Positions 1 to 8,958 of a DNA stretch of 36,196 nucleotides are shown here, one piece after another. Made by a program: the position numbers and the translations under genes. The notes below the pieces were generated by a model. The model made no database searches and was not told where the DNA came from. It saw nothing but the letters and a program-made list of their open reading frames with translations. The DNA is taken from assembly GCA_043716655.1 (NCBI GenBank), contig JAYSYF010000218.1, positions 1 through 36,196 on the forward strand, written 5' to 3'. Source of the stretch: Bdellovibrionales bacterium (GTDB lineage: Bacteria; Bdellovibrionota; Bdellovibrionia; Bdellovibrionales; JAMPXM01). The number at the start of each line of letters is the position of its first letter. Positions within the stretch are counted from its first letter, which is position 1.

Positions 1-2
1 GA

Positions 3-3000
3 AAACAGTCCCCTCTAGAAAGAAAATCGCTGTACGACTCAATGGTTGAAGCAGCCATGTTTGTTACGACTGCATCTGCAAAGGATCCAGGTCGGATCGA
101 CATATTGAAGACATTTGAAAATGTCGTCACTGATGGTTGCAGCGAACGCCTCGATGGATGTCGGTACTTAGGCTTGTTCAGAGCAAACTCGGGTGCGGTA
201 ACGCTGCTTCTTGCAATCGCAGACGATCAAGCGATCGATATTGAAAAACGATATCGCATGCTGAAGCTCGCCTTCGCGTCTGTCAGTCAAATTGACGATG
301 AACGAGTGTCGATTGCCTACATAAAGACGGCGCGCGCCTTTGAGGAAAAACTTCGAACGAAAACAGATCGCGCTTCACTCTTGGCGCTTGAACAGCATCA
401 GGAGATTTTTGATATCTCCTTTACGAAACTAAAAAATTCGATGAATGGCGACGAACGAACGGCACTATTGAATGGATTAGAAAAATCATTCGATATCTGG
501 AACTTCGGTCGCGTTCGTAACCCCGAATCTGCATCGCGTGAAGAAACTTTGCTTTCGCTGACTGCCGATCGCTTTTTTGCAAACAAAGACAACCTCCGCG
601 CGCAACTTGTCGAATTGAATAAAAATCCGAACTCGGCCTTCATTAAACTTCAAAAAGTCAGAGCTGCTTCACGCAAAGCGTTTGGCCTCAAACAAAATCT
701 TCCGGAAGACATTCATACCCTCCTTTTCGATAACATCTGGACGGATCGTTTGACTGTCGCCGAAGCGAGCATTTTGTGGGCCGCATATACAAACAATCTT
801 GGATCGTCTTCAGACAGTTCGACGGCGCGAACACGTGCGCGCGAAGAACTCCTTAATTACGCTAGAACACGAATGTTGGTATCAGCGAACGACGCCAACG
901 CAGTTCTTACGACTTTCTTCAGCGCGAAGGGAAAGTTTGTAACAGCAAACGCGTTCCAGGATGGAATAAAGGAATCGGTGCGCGGCGAAACTATTTGGGC
1001 CGACGCCAAGAAGCGATTCGAGACACTACGAAGTTTCAGCGACCGAAATTTGCGCTCAGCAAAGACCGATGATCCTTTGAATCAGGAACTCGATGGTTTT
1101 TTTGCGTCGATCAATCGTAACGTTAAACTAATTTCGACGTATCCAAGCATGCTCGTGATGACGTACCATCTCGCGCGTCTCAACTATTCGATGAAGATTC
1201 GCACTTGGACTGGCGACTTCACAATCGAGAGTGGACAGATTTTAGATTGGTTCTTTGAAGGAGCTCTCGAACCGTGGATGGCTTACGGAGACGACTACCG
1301 TCGACTCACGAAGTCTGAAATCACAACTGTCTTTTATTATGCTCTTGAAATGGGAGTGCTAAGCGAAGGCGGAGTGAACATCGAGCATTTGTTCAAAATG
1401 TTGACCGAGCAAATGGCCGGACCAATTCGCCTTGAAGTCGAGCGAATGGGCGATGCTTACCGTAAAATTTTTGAAAACAGTCCTATTGCTGGAGAATTTC
1501 ATCGTCTCTGCGGACAGGTTGAACAAAAGGCCAAGGCCGGCGAGCCGCTCTTGATTTCAACGCCAATCGATCTCGTCAATCTTCCGCTCTACACTATATT
1601 GGGAATTCCTGAGGGATTGGGAACGATCAAATTTATCCACCCGATTTTTCACGCCGGATGGGGATTTTTCGAAAGCGAAACCACTATTACGAAGAGTCGA
1701 CTGGATGAGAATCTTGAGATTATTCGTCTCGAGCTGACTCCAAAGATCGATCGCATGCGTATGCTCGCGCGACTATCGGATGATTATCTACAGCGCCATG
1801 GTATTGCGGACCGCGAGAAGATCATGGCCGAAATCGATTCTAGAATTCAGCCGCTCGAAGCTGTGCGAAAACGCTTTTATTCAATTGCCTTTAAGCTCGT
1901 TAAATCAAACGGCGCGTGCGGCGAAAACCTAATCCAGCATGAACTTGCAAGTCAGCTACACGTCATCAAGGGTCTTGCGAGTCATTTCCGCGAGGTGCAC
2001 GCGGCGATGAAGGCGAGCCGGACGACGGCGATCAACCCAGAGGCGCTCCAACGTAAATTTGGATTCAGCGGCAAGGTCGATCTCGGAGAGATGGCAAACC
2101 ACGAGACCGGACTTGGTTACAACTCGGAAATGTATCGTGTGTCGCGCCTGCAAACCTTGTTGCGAATCAAGAGTCTGCTTGAAAATGGATTCACAGAGGG
2201 CGGAGTTACTCACGGCCCTCGTCGAACCAAAAATTCGATCATGCTTCCAGCGCGTCTACGGGATTTCCCGTCAAGTCTGCGCGACGAAGTATTGCGCCTC
2301 GACTGGAATGATGATGCAGATGAATTCGTAACAAACGGAATTCAACAAATCTTCGATCCGAGTATTGGCAACGTCATGTGGTCGAGCTTGAACACGTTCG
2401 CTTTGTCTATTCACGTAAAAATTCGTGGAATGAGTGCTCTCGTGAAAGCTGGAACCGTACAAACCGATGACGGTCCTCAGCGTATGCAACCGCGCGAAGT
2501 CATGCGAATGGCACTGGACATGTCTAAGTGGATCGAAATCGAAGACACGGAATGGATGAACGTGTTGACCATCACTGGTGAATTCACTCGAGTCCGCCTA
2601 GCTAGCATGTTGGATAAATACGCATGGGAAGGTTCAAGCCGAACTTGGATGGGAAGTCTCGACTTCGTCTTCAAAGCAATTCGATCTGACAAATTAGGCG
2701 CAGGCGCTGAATCTGAAGGCGACGCAGCGGGTGCACGTTACGGTCGAAGAAACGGTCCTCGTCGAGAATTTGTGACTCACTCACAAGTCGTTAAAGCCTA
2801 CGGCCAACCCGCACTTAAGATTGCAGATTCGGCGTTGTCCGAAATCTCTGAGTTTTATCGCCGCGGGCTCGATGCGCAAATGGTTTTGGTCGCGGAAACT
2901 TTAGAGGAAGTCGCGCGGCTTGAACCACTGAAAGCGGCGAACCCGCAAAGCTTCCCGTCTTGGCGACTGTATTCTTCTCGGCCTGCTCCGAAAATACCGC

Positions 3001-3107
3001 TCTTGAGCGAATCGGAACTCGAAGCATTCCGCCTCGAAACATTCGAGCTCGTGCGACAGTCTGGCTACGTAATTCCAGAACGCACGACCAAGGCGATGAA
3101 ACGCTAA
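3..3107 (+). CDS. Large hypothetical protein, 5'-partial (>1030 aa)
   Basis: Track ORF 42..3107. The frame stays open upstream to position 3 (KQSPLERKSLYDS-MVE...), so the start probably lies outside the window. No recognisable domain; helical, soluble-looking composition. Confidence 0.8.
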   Translation, partial: KQSPLERKSLYDSMVEAAMFVTTASAKDPGRIDILKTFENVVTDGCSERLDGCRYLGLFRANSGAVTLLLAIADDQAIDIEKRYRMLKLAFASVSQIDDERVSIAYIKTARAFEEKLRTKTDRASLLALEQHQEIFDISFTKLKNSMNGDERTALLNGLEKSFDIWNFGRVRNPESASREETLLSLTADRFFANKDNLRAQLVELNKNPNSAFIKLQKVRAASRKAFGLKQNLPEDIHTLLFDNIWTDRLTVAEASILWAAYTNNLGSSSDSSTARTRAREELLNYARTRMLVSANDANAVLTTFFSAKGKFVTANAFQDGIKESVRGETIWADAKKRFETLRSFSDRNLRSAKTDDPLNQELDGFFASINRNVKLISTYPSMLVMTYHLARLNYSMKIRTWTGDFTIESGQILDWFFEGALEPWMAYGDDYRRLTKSEITTVFYYALEMGVLSEGGVNIEHLFKMLTEQMAGPIRLEVERMGDAYRKIFENSPIAGEFHRLCGQVEQKAKAGEPLLISTPIDLVNLPLYTILGIPEGLGTIKFIHPIFHAGWGFFESETTITKSRLDENLEIIRLELTPKIDRMRMLARLSDDYLQRHGIADREKIMAEIDSRIQPLEAVRKRFYSIAFKLVKSNGACGENLIQHELASQLHVIKGLASHFREVHAAMKASRTTAINPEALQRKFGFSGKVDLGEMANHETGLGYNSEMYRVSRLQTLLRIKSLLENGFTEGGVTHGPRRTKNSIMLPARLRDFPSSLRDEVLRLDWNDDADEFVTNGIQQIFDPSIGNVMWSSLNTFALSIHVKIRGMSALVKAGTVQTDDGPQRMQPREVMRMALDMSKWIEIEDTEWMNVLTITGEFTRVRLASMLDKYAWEGSSRTWMGSLDFVFKAIRSDKLGAGAESEGDAAGARYGRRNGPRREFVTHSQVVKAYGQPALKIADSALSEISEFYRRGLDAQMVLVAETLEEVARLEPLKAANPQSFPSWRLYSSRPAPKIPLLSESELEAFRLETFELVRQSGYVIPERTTKAMKR

Positions 3108-3116
3108 TCGATTTGA

Positions 3117-3146
3117 CATTCCCTGGCGACCGCCGAATAGGGAATG
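3117..3146 (+). promoter_or_regulatory. Hairpin sequestering the SD and ATG of the SEC-C gene
   Basis: CATTCCCT (3117-3124) is the exact reverse complement of AGGGAATG (3139-3146), with an inner GGC-GACC-GCC stem-loop. TTGACA at 3113-3118 overlaps it. Confidence 0.4.
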
Positions 3147-3449
3147 CCAGCAAAAAACGCCTTTTGTCCGTGTGGAAGCGGTCAGCGATATAAAGATTGT
3201 TGCCGACTCAAGGCTGCTCGGAAAACGAAGTTCTTCGTGTGGCTGATAAGGTCAGCTCTGAGTATCGCCATCTTAATGACTGGCGCCGCTGTTTATTTTG
3301 CAGTTTCGCGATTCTTTGCAACCGGCGAGATCTGTATGGGAATTCGCGGCACCCAGCTGATCGATTGCGGATTTTTTCCTTGCATCAAATTAGCGGCAAT
3401 CACGTTTCTTTTGATTATGATGACTAGGCTACTTTGGAATTTTGATTGA
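3144..3449 (+). CDS. SEC-C metal-binding motif membrane protein
   Basis: N-terminal CPCGSGQRYKDCC (SEC-C motif) followed by two hydrophobic segments. AGGGA SD-like sequence upstream. Confidence 0.75.
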   Translation: MPAKNAFCPCGSGQRYKDCCRLKAARKTKFFVWLIRSALSIAILMTGAAVYFAVSRFFATGEICMGIRGTQLIDCGFFPCIKLAAITFLLIMMTRLLWNFD

Positions 3450-3720
3450 GCCGGCAATGCCCCCCGTTGTCGCCGCACTCAATGCGAACAGCTCAGAAAT
3501 AATGGAGATTCTCTTAAGAAAAGGTGCATCGACCGAAATCAAAACCTCCGACGGAAACACACTGCTACACTTCTCAGCGCTTCAAAATCAGCGAGCCATG
3601 CTGGACCACTTATTAAAATCGGAGCTGCGGAGGGATAATGAAACTCGGAACCGAGACGGTCTGACTCCTCTGCTTATCGCGGTCAAAATGTTCAGGATCG
3701 TGAAGGAAGAACCGCATTGA
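3442..3720 (+). CDS. Short ankyrin-repeat protein, probably a fragment
   Basis: Ankyrin motifs EILLRKGA, DGNTLLHFSA and RNRDGLTPLLIAV. Similarity ends abruptly in the third repeat. Alternative ATG at 3457. Confidence 0.6.
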   Translation: MIEPAMPPVVAALNANSSEIMEILLRKGASTEIKTSDGNTLLHFSALQNQRAMLDHLLKSELRRDNETRNRDGLTPLLIAVKMFRIVKEEPH

Positions 3721-3845
3721 TGTTGAGCGTTCAGCGCGGCTCGCACGATATCCGCGACCTTTCGCTAGGAGCGGGAGCCAAGCGTCGCTAAGCGAAATCA
3801 TTGTACACGCGCCTACGAACGCCGTTTAATATTGCGGGGGCAACA

Positions 3846-4805
3846 ATGACAAGCACACCTAATCAGTCGAACTTTTATCGCGGTATTTACGAATTTGAGG
3901 ACCCGTCGGGCGTCCTGTTGGCGGCGAAGGTTCCTGCTGTTGGCACAGTCGACCTCTATGATGGAACAGCCATCGTCGTGAAGCCGAATCAATGCGCATT
4001 GTTTATCTACAACGGTCAGGTCGCCGACGTTTTTCTCGCTGGTACACATCGAATCAAAACCGACAACGTGCCGATTTTAACGAAGCTCGCAAATTGGAAG
4101 TTCGGATTTGAAAGCCCGCTTCGATGCGAATTGATATTTGTTGCCGGTCACGCAATGACCGGACGTCGTTGGGGTTCGCCTCAACCGATCCTGCTCAATC
4201 TTGACGGGTTAGGCTCGGTGCCGATTCGGACTTTCGGTAACTTCAATGTTACCATCACAGATCCGAAAGAGTTTTTCATGACGATCGTTGGTACGCGTTC
4301 GGCGCTCACGGTTACTGATCTGGAAGAATTGATTCAAGGTCAAATTGTCGAACTGCTTCCAGAAGCCTTTGCTCAAGTGAAGACGCTCGATGAACTCGGT
4401 CGTTCCTACAACGAACTGTCGAAGCGACTCGAAACAATGCTCAATAAAGAAATCAGCCAGTTTGGAATTGCGGTTCAGAAAATCCAAATTCTTTCTGCCC
4501 TACCCTCGAAGGAAGTTATTGAAGCGCTGGATGCCAAGACGGCGATTCAAGTTCTGGGTTCGCAGAAAGAGTATCTTCTCTACAAAGCGGCCAACAGTTT
4601 GGGCGCCGGTCAAGACAGCAAATCAAATGATTCTATGCAAATGATGATGGGCCTGATGTTAGGTAAAGGACTTATGGGAGCCGACTATCATGAGAAAGAA
4701 GAAAAGATCAGTCTCCCTTTGCAAAAGGCAAGCTGCTCGGCCTGCGGGGCACCCCTCGATTCTGAAGCCCGATTTTGCTCGAAGTGTGGAGGAAAACGGT
4801 CATGA
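3846..4805 (+). CDS. SPFH/Band-7 domain protein with C-terminal zinc ribbon (YdjI-like)
   Basis: IVVKPNQCALF..NGQVADVFLAGTH, FGFESPLRCELIF and RWGSPQPI motifs, plus C-terminal CSACG...FCSKCG. ATG at 3846 follows a G-rich SD; the track start at 3801 is a TTG. Confidence 0.85.
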   Translation: MTSTPNQSNFYRGIYEFEDPSGVLLAAKVPAVGTVDLYDGTAIVVKPNQCALFIYNGQVADVFLAGTHRIKTDNVPILTKLANWKFGFESPLRCELIFVAGHAMTGRRWGSPQPILLNLDGLGSVPIRTFGNFNVTITDPKEFFMTIVGTRSALTVTDLEELIQGQIVELLPEAFAQVKTLDELGRSYNELSKRLETMLNKEISQFGIAVQKIQILSALPSKEVIEALDAKTAIQVLGSQKEYLLYKAANSLGAGQDSKSNDSMQMMMGLMLGKGLMGADYHEKEEKISLPLQKASCSACGAPLDSEARFCSKCGGKRS

Positions 4806-5476
4806 GTTTCGATTCAATTTGTCAGGGTTGCGGAGCTCCAAGCGGTCCTTCAGTCGGCATCTGCCCATTCTGCAAAAACGTGATGTCTGTAAAAGTTGGA
4901 AAAGACGATCCAAGCTTCAAAACTTTGGCTGAACTTCATCAACGAGGACAACTCGAACGAGCGCTGTGTCTCGGTTTAGAGATGGAACAACAGAAACCTG
5001 AGGTGAAAAACGATCTTTCGTTCGTTATCCCCTACGTTCAAATTCTTATCGAGACTGAAGGTCCGACGAGTAAGATTCGAAGCCTATTGACCTCGGCTCA
5101 GATGCACAGCCCGGAAAATCCCGACCTTATCAATTACCTCGAAATTATGGCCGCTAAAATCCTGCTTCGGAAAGGCGCGGATGACGAAGGCGAAATCATG
5201 CTCCGAAACGTGTTGAAGCGCTCACCTAAGAACGTACACGCGCATTTCATTCTCGGAGCCCACATGTTTTGGGTTGATAACGAGTCCGCGCTCTCGATCT
5301 CACATCTGGAGGCCAGCGTTCGATTGCATCCGAACTTCCTAAGCGCATGGGGATGTCTCGGAGCAATTTATAAAAAACTTGGCAATATACCACTTTCTCA
5401 AATGGCGTTCGCAAAGTGCGCAAAGCTTGAATCGAACCTGAAGATGAAGGAATTCTTCGAGGCGCAAGCGCGTTAA
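4802..5476 (+). CDS. Zinc-ribbon / TPR protein
   Basis: N-terminal CQGCG...CPFC and TPR-like segments (PKNVHAHFILG, PNFLSAWGCLGAIY). ATGA overlap with the SPFH stop at 4802-4805. Confidence 0.8.
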   Translation: MSFDSICQGCGAPSGPSVGICPFCKNVMSVKVGKDDPSFKTLAELHQRGQLERALCLGLEMEQQKPEVKNDLSFVIPYVQILIETEGPTSKIRSLLTSAQMHSPENPDLINYLEIMAAKILLRKGADDEGEIMLRNVLKRSPKNVHAHFILGAHMFWVDNESALSISHLEASVRLHPNFLSAWGCLGAIYKKLGNIPLSQMAFAKCAKLESNLKMKEFFEAQAR

Positions 5477-5511
5477 AACACTGCGCTTGCGCCTAGCGCC
5501 TTCGGGCGCTA
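5460..5511 (+). terminator. Two adjacent hairpins at the end of the TPR gene
   Basis: Perfect 12-bp inverted repeat AGGCGCAAGCGC (5460-5471) / GCGCTTGCGCCT (5483-5494) with the TAA stop in the loop, then AGCGCC-TTCG-GGCGCT (5495-5510). No strong U tract. Confidence 0.5.
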
Positions 5512-5539
5512 TTCCTGAACCGTAAACTGCCGAATTTAC

Positions 5540-5615
5540 GACTCCATAGCTCAAGTGGATAGAGCGCGGGTTTCCTAAACTTGAAATCCAGGTTCAACTC
5601 CTGGTGGAGTCACCA
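5540..5615 (+). tRNA. tRNA-Arg (anticodon CCT)
   Basis: Acceptor GACTCCA/TGGAGTC + A + CCA; D arm GCTC-AAGTGGATA-GAGC with A20; anticodon loop TTCCTAA (CCT at 5574-5576); T arm CCAGG-TTCAACT-CCTGG; 76 nt. Confidence 0.95.
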
Positions 5616-5649
5616 TCTAAAAACTACCTGCGGCGGTTTTTGGATGGTG
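5611..5649 (+). terminator. Hairpin overlapping the tRNA 3' end
   Basis: CACCATCTAAAAACTACC (5611-5628) pairs with GGCGGTTTTTGGATGGTG (5632-5649), with two G-U pairs and one mismatch. Confidence 0.45.
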
Positions 5650-5838
5650 CTGTCTGTGTCGCTTCGGCCTCCGGCCTGCGCTGCTCGTCGCAGGCTTGCT
5701 CCTCGATTCTCTTGCTGGCACCTGCGCCTTCGGCGCTTCGCTTATCGTGCGTATGGATCAGTGAACGCCTCAGCCTTGGATGTGCTTTCTATGCGAGATC
5801 GCTTGCGTTTCACTTGTAACAAAATGATATTTTTCGTT

Positions 5839-8397
5839 ATGGATTCGCCGCCTGGGATCGACTTTAGACAACTATCCGATTGGATACCGCAAATGGTATT
5901 CATCGCCAATCCGCTGGGTGAGGCGACTTACTACAATCGGCGATGGCTCGATTATATTGGGCGATCTGGACTCGGCAGTTCAAGCGGTTGGGCTGACGTT
6001 ATTCATCCCGAAGACCTTTCGTCGATCTCAGAATCATGGACTGTCGCTCGAGAAAATCACAAGGCGTGGGAGAAACAATACCGAGTTCGACGGCGCGACG
6101 GAATTTACCGATGGCATCTCGGCCGCTCCGTTCCTATTTTAAATCAGGACGGATCTGTACTGAACTGGATCGGAACGGTCACCGACATCGAAGAGCACAA
6201 GCTGAACGAAGATGAGTTACGTCGCGCGAAAGATTCGCTCGAAGTCATCGCAAGCGGCAAAGCACTCGAGCTTCAGCAAACGAATTCGTTTCTTGATTCG
6301 TTGATCGAAAATATCCCGAACATGATTTTCGTGAAAGATGCGGAAAACCTTAGCTTCGTGCGATTCAATAAAGCCGGAGAAGAACTGTTAGGGCTGTCGC
6401 GAACAGAATTAATTGGAAAGAACGATTTCGATTTTTTCGATCGCGAGCAGGCAGAACAATTTCAGAGCTTCGATCGAAAAGTTCTCGCAGAAGGTAAAAT
6501 TCTCGACATCCCCGAAGAACCGATCACCTCAAAGACGCTCGGCCACCGATTGCTTCACACAAAGAAAATCCCTCTTCGCGATAGCGATGGCATTCCTCGC
6601 TACCTGCTGGGTATCTCGGAAGATATCACGGAACAAAAAGTTGCCGCAGAAGCGAACATTCAGCGACTGCGTGAACAAATTGTTGCGAAAGAGTCTGAGC
6701 GTGCCCAGGAACGGCTTTTGTTTTTGTCGAAAGCGAGTGCCCTACTTGGCTCGTCGTTGGATTTTCAAACCACGCTGACGAACTTGACGAATCTCTGTGT
6801 CCCCGAGGTCGCGGACTGGTGCTCGATCGATACGCTGAATCCCGACGGGACTCTCTCTCAAATTTCAGTCGCCCATGCAGACCCTTCGAAACTGGCGCGC
6901 GGTCGAAAGTTTCAGGAAACCTATCCGGCCGATCCGAAAGGCACCAACGGACCATACCGTGTCGTCCGAGAAGGCGTTTCAGAGTTCATCCCCCACTTAA
7001 CTTCAGAAATGCTGGCGGCAAGTGCGACGAGTGCAGTTCACCTTGAAGCACTCAAGGAATTTGGATTTCTCTCGTACATCTGCGTGCCGATTCGAGCTCG
7101 AAATCGAACTCTTGGGGCGCTGACTTTAGTCACCACAAACGAATCCAATCGCATCTTCACAACAGCAGATTTAAATTTGGCAGGGGACCTCGCCGAGCGT
7201 GCAGGTTTTGCCGTTGAAAACGCAAAACTCTACAACGAGTCTTCGAACCTCAACAGAATCAAAGATGAATTTCTCGCGACGCTTTCACACGAGTTGCGAA
7301 CGCCGATGAACGTAATCCGTGGACACGCTGAAATTCTGAAAAACCACGGCACTGAACTTTCGGTCGACCAAATCGCAGCTTCGATTGAAGCAATATATCG
7401 AAATGCAAATGCGCAGACTGAATTGATCTCAGACCTTCTCGACGTCTCTTCTATCATCACAGGCAAAGTTTCATATCAGCCGGCGCCGCTGAGTCCTGCA
7501 GAAAGTTTGAAGAGCATCCTCGACGGTATGATGACAACCGCCGACGCGAAAGGTGTCCAACTTATTTCCGATTTGAGTCACGCACCATCGAAGGTTGTTG
7601 CGGACGCTACGCGATTGCATCAAGTCATATGGAATCTTTTGTCGAACGCTTTGAAATTTACTCCCCGCGGAGGCACCGTTCGAATTACCGCCGAGGATGG
7701 AAAAGACGAGTGGAGCATTACTGTAACCGATACTGGCCGAGGCATTGATGCTGGCTTTTTGCCTTACGTGTTTGATCGCTTCCGACAAGAAGACGCGACG
7801 AGCACTCGAACGTTCGGTGGATTAGGACTTGGACTCTCAATCGTGCGCCACCTCGTCGAAATTCACGGCGGGCGCGTGTCGGTCGAAAGCGGAGGCCGAG
7901 GCCACGGATCGACATTCAGAATTTTTCTTCCGTTGGTTTCACTTCCAGCGGCTCAACAGACTTCGCGGCGACATGTCGAAGCTGCGACTGAAAAGAACGA
8001 GCCAAACTCTGATCTTCGCGGCGTCACCGTCATGGTCATTGAGGACTCGATTGATAACCGCGAGTTGATTCGTTTCTATCTGACTCGCGCCGGAGCAACC
8101 GTTATCGAAGCCGACTCAGCAGAAGTCGCAAGAAAGAGGCTAAAAACGCAAATACCGGATGTCATCGTTAGCGACATTGGTCTTCCCGATGAAAATGGGA
8201 TCGAACTTATCCGCAAGTTACGAGCGGACGTGAATCCGAAGATTAAGAACATTCCGGCCATCGCCTTTACTGCCTATGTCAGAGAATCCGAGCAGGCAGC
8301 CGCGCTTGAGGCAGGCTTTCAAAAACACCTTGGCAAACCAGTATCGGGTACGATTCTCGTCAACGCTGTTCGCGCGCTACTTCCTGTGAAAAAGTAG
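5839..8397 (+). CDS. Hybrid sensor histidine kinase (PAS-PAS-GAF-HisKA-HATPase-REC)
   Basis: PAS motifs (IHPED, YRWHLGRS; IPNMIFVKD), GAF (VPEVADWCSID), H box LSHELRTPM, N box NLLSNALKFT, G boxes DTGRGI and GGLGLGL, REC (IVSDIGLP). Start set at ATG 5839 (alternative 5824) because the track start overlaps the tRNA. Confidence 0.92.
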   Translation: MDSPPGIDFRQLSDWIPQMVFIANPLGEATYYNRRWLDYIGRSGLGSSSGWADVIHPEDLSSISESWTVARENHKAWEKQYRVRRRDGIYRWHLGRSVPILNQDGSVLNWIGTVTDIEEHKLNEDELRRAKDSLEVIASGKALELQQTNSFLDSLIENIPNMIFVKDAENLSFVRFNKAGEELLGLSRTELIGKNDFDFFDREQAEQFQSFDRKVLAEGKILDIPEEPITSKTLGHRLLHTKKIPLRDSDGIPRYLLGISEDITEQKVAAEANIQRLREQIVAKESERAQERLLFLSKASALLGSSLDFQTTLTNLTNLCVPEVADWCSIDTLNPDGTLSQISVAHADPSKLARGRKFQETYPADPKGTNGPYRVVREGVSEFIPHLTSEMLAASATSAVHLEALKEFGFLSYICVPIRARNRTLGALTLVTTNESNRIFTTADLNLAGDLAERAGFAVENAKLYNESSNLNRIKDEFLATLSHELRTPMNVIRGHAEILKNHGTELSVDQIAASIEAIYRNANAQTELISDLLDVSSIITGKVSYQPAPLSPAESLKSILDGMMTTADAKGVQLISDLSHAPSKVVADATRLHQVIWNLLSNALKFTPRGGTVRITAEDGKDEWSITVTDTGRGIDAGFLPYVFDRFRQEDATSTRTFGGLGLGLSIVRHLVEIHGGRVSVESGGRGHGSTFRIFLPLVSLPAAQQTSRRHVEAATEKNEPNSDLRGVTVMVIEDSIDNRELIRFYLTRAGATVIEADSAEVARKRLKTQIPDVIVSDIGLPDENGIELIRKLRADVNPKIKNIPAIAFTAYVRESEQAAALEAGFQKHLGKPVSGTILVNAVRALLPVKK

Positions 8398-8421
8398 ATC
8401 TGCCCGCACTTTCAGGTGGAC

Positions 8422-8949
8422 TTATTTTCCGCCGGTTTCAAACAACTTCACGTATTCTGCGTACCCACTCTCCACGAGTTTTGCTTTTGGAATGAATCGA
8501 AGTGACGCGGAATTCATGCAATATCTTAAGCCCGTCGGTTTCGGACCGTCGTCGAAGACATGGCCCAAGTGCGAGTCGGCGATTTTGCTTCTTACTTCTG
8601 TGCGTTCAGAACCGAGGTGGCGATCCGTTTTTTCGACAACTCGCTCTTTCGAGAGCGGCCGAGTGAAGCTTGGCCATCCAGTGCCCGAATCGTATTTGTC
8701 CAAGGAACTAAACAGCGGCTCACCGGAAACGATATCAACATAGATTCCGACCTCCTTGCTCTTATAAAATTCGTTTCGATAGGGAGGCTCGGTGCCTTCC
8801 TTTTGAGTGACGTCATACTGCGTGGACGTCAATTTCTTCTTAAGCTCTTCGCTTGTAGGCTTCTCAAAACTTTTCGCATCCCACGCGCCCGCATCTGACA
8901 TAACCAACCCCTGGACAAGTATGAAAATAGTTAGAATCTGTTTGTACAT
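8422..8949 (-). CDS. msrB: Peptide-methionine (R)-S-oxide reductase with signal peptide
   Basis: [25 protein letters not shown] and RYCMNSASL motifs; no Zn CxxC motifs; N-terminal signal-like segment ending AGA. Confidence 0.95.
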   Translation of the reverse strand: MYKQILTIFILVQGLVMSDAGAWDAKSFEKPTSEELKKKLTSTQYDVTQKEGTEPPYRNEFYKSKEVGIYVDIVSGEPLFSSLDKYDSGTGWPSFTRPLSKERVVEKTDRHLGSERTEVRSKIADSHLGHVFDDGPKPTGLRYCMNSASLRFIPKAKLVESGYAEYVKLFETGGK

Positions 8950-8958
8950 CGCTGGCCT

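Noticed and set aside
5540-5615. tRNA as attachment site of a genomic island
   Set aside because: No integrase and no duplicated tRNA 3' end seen. The CCAGGTTCAAC match at 27961 lies inside ribF and is probably chance.
5581-5838. 86-aa N-terminal extension of the hybrid kinase in the ORF track
   Set aside because: It overlaps the tRNA and palindromic intergenic DNA; protein-like sequence begins only at about 5824-5839.
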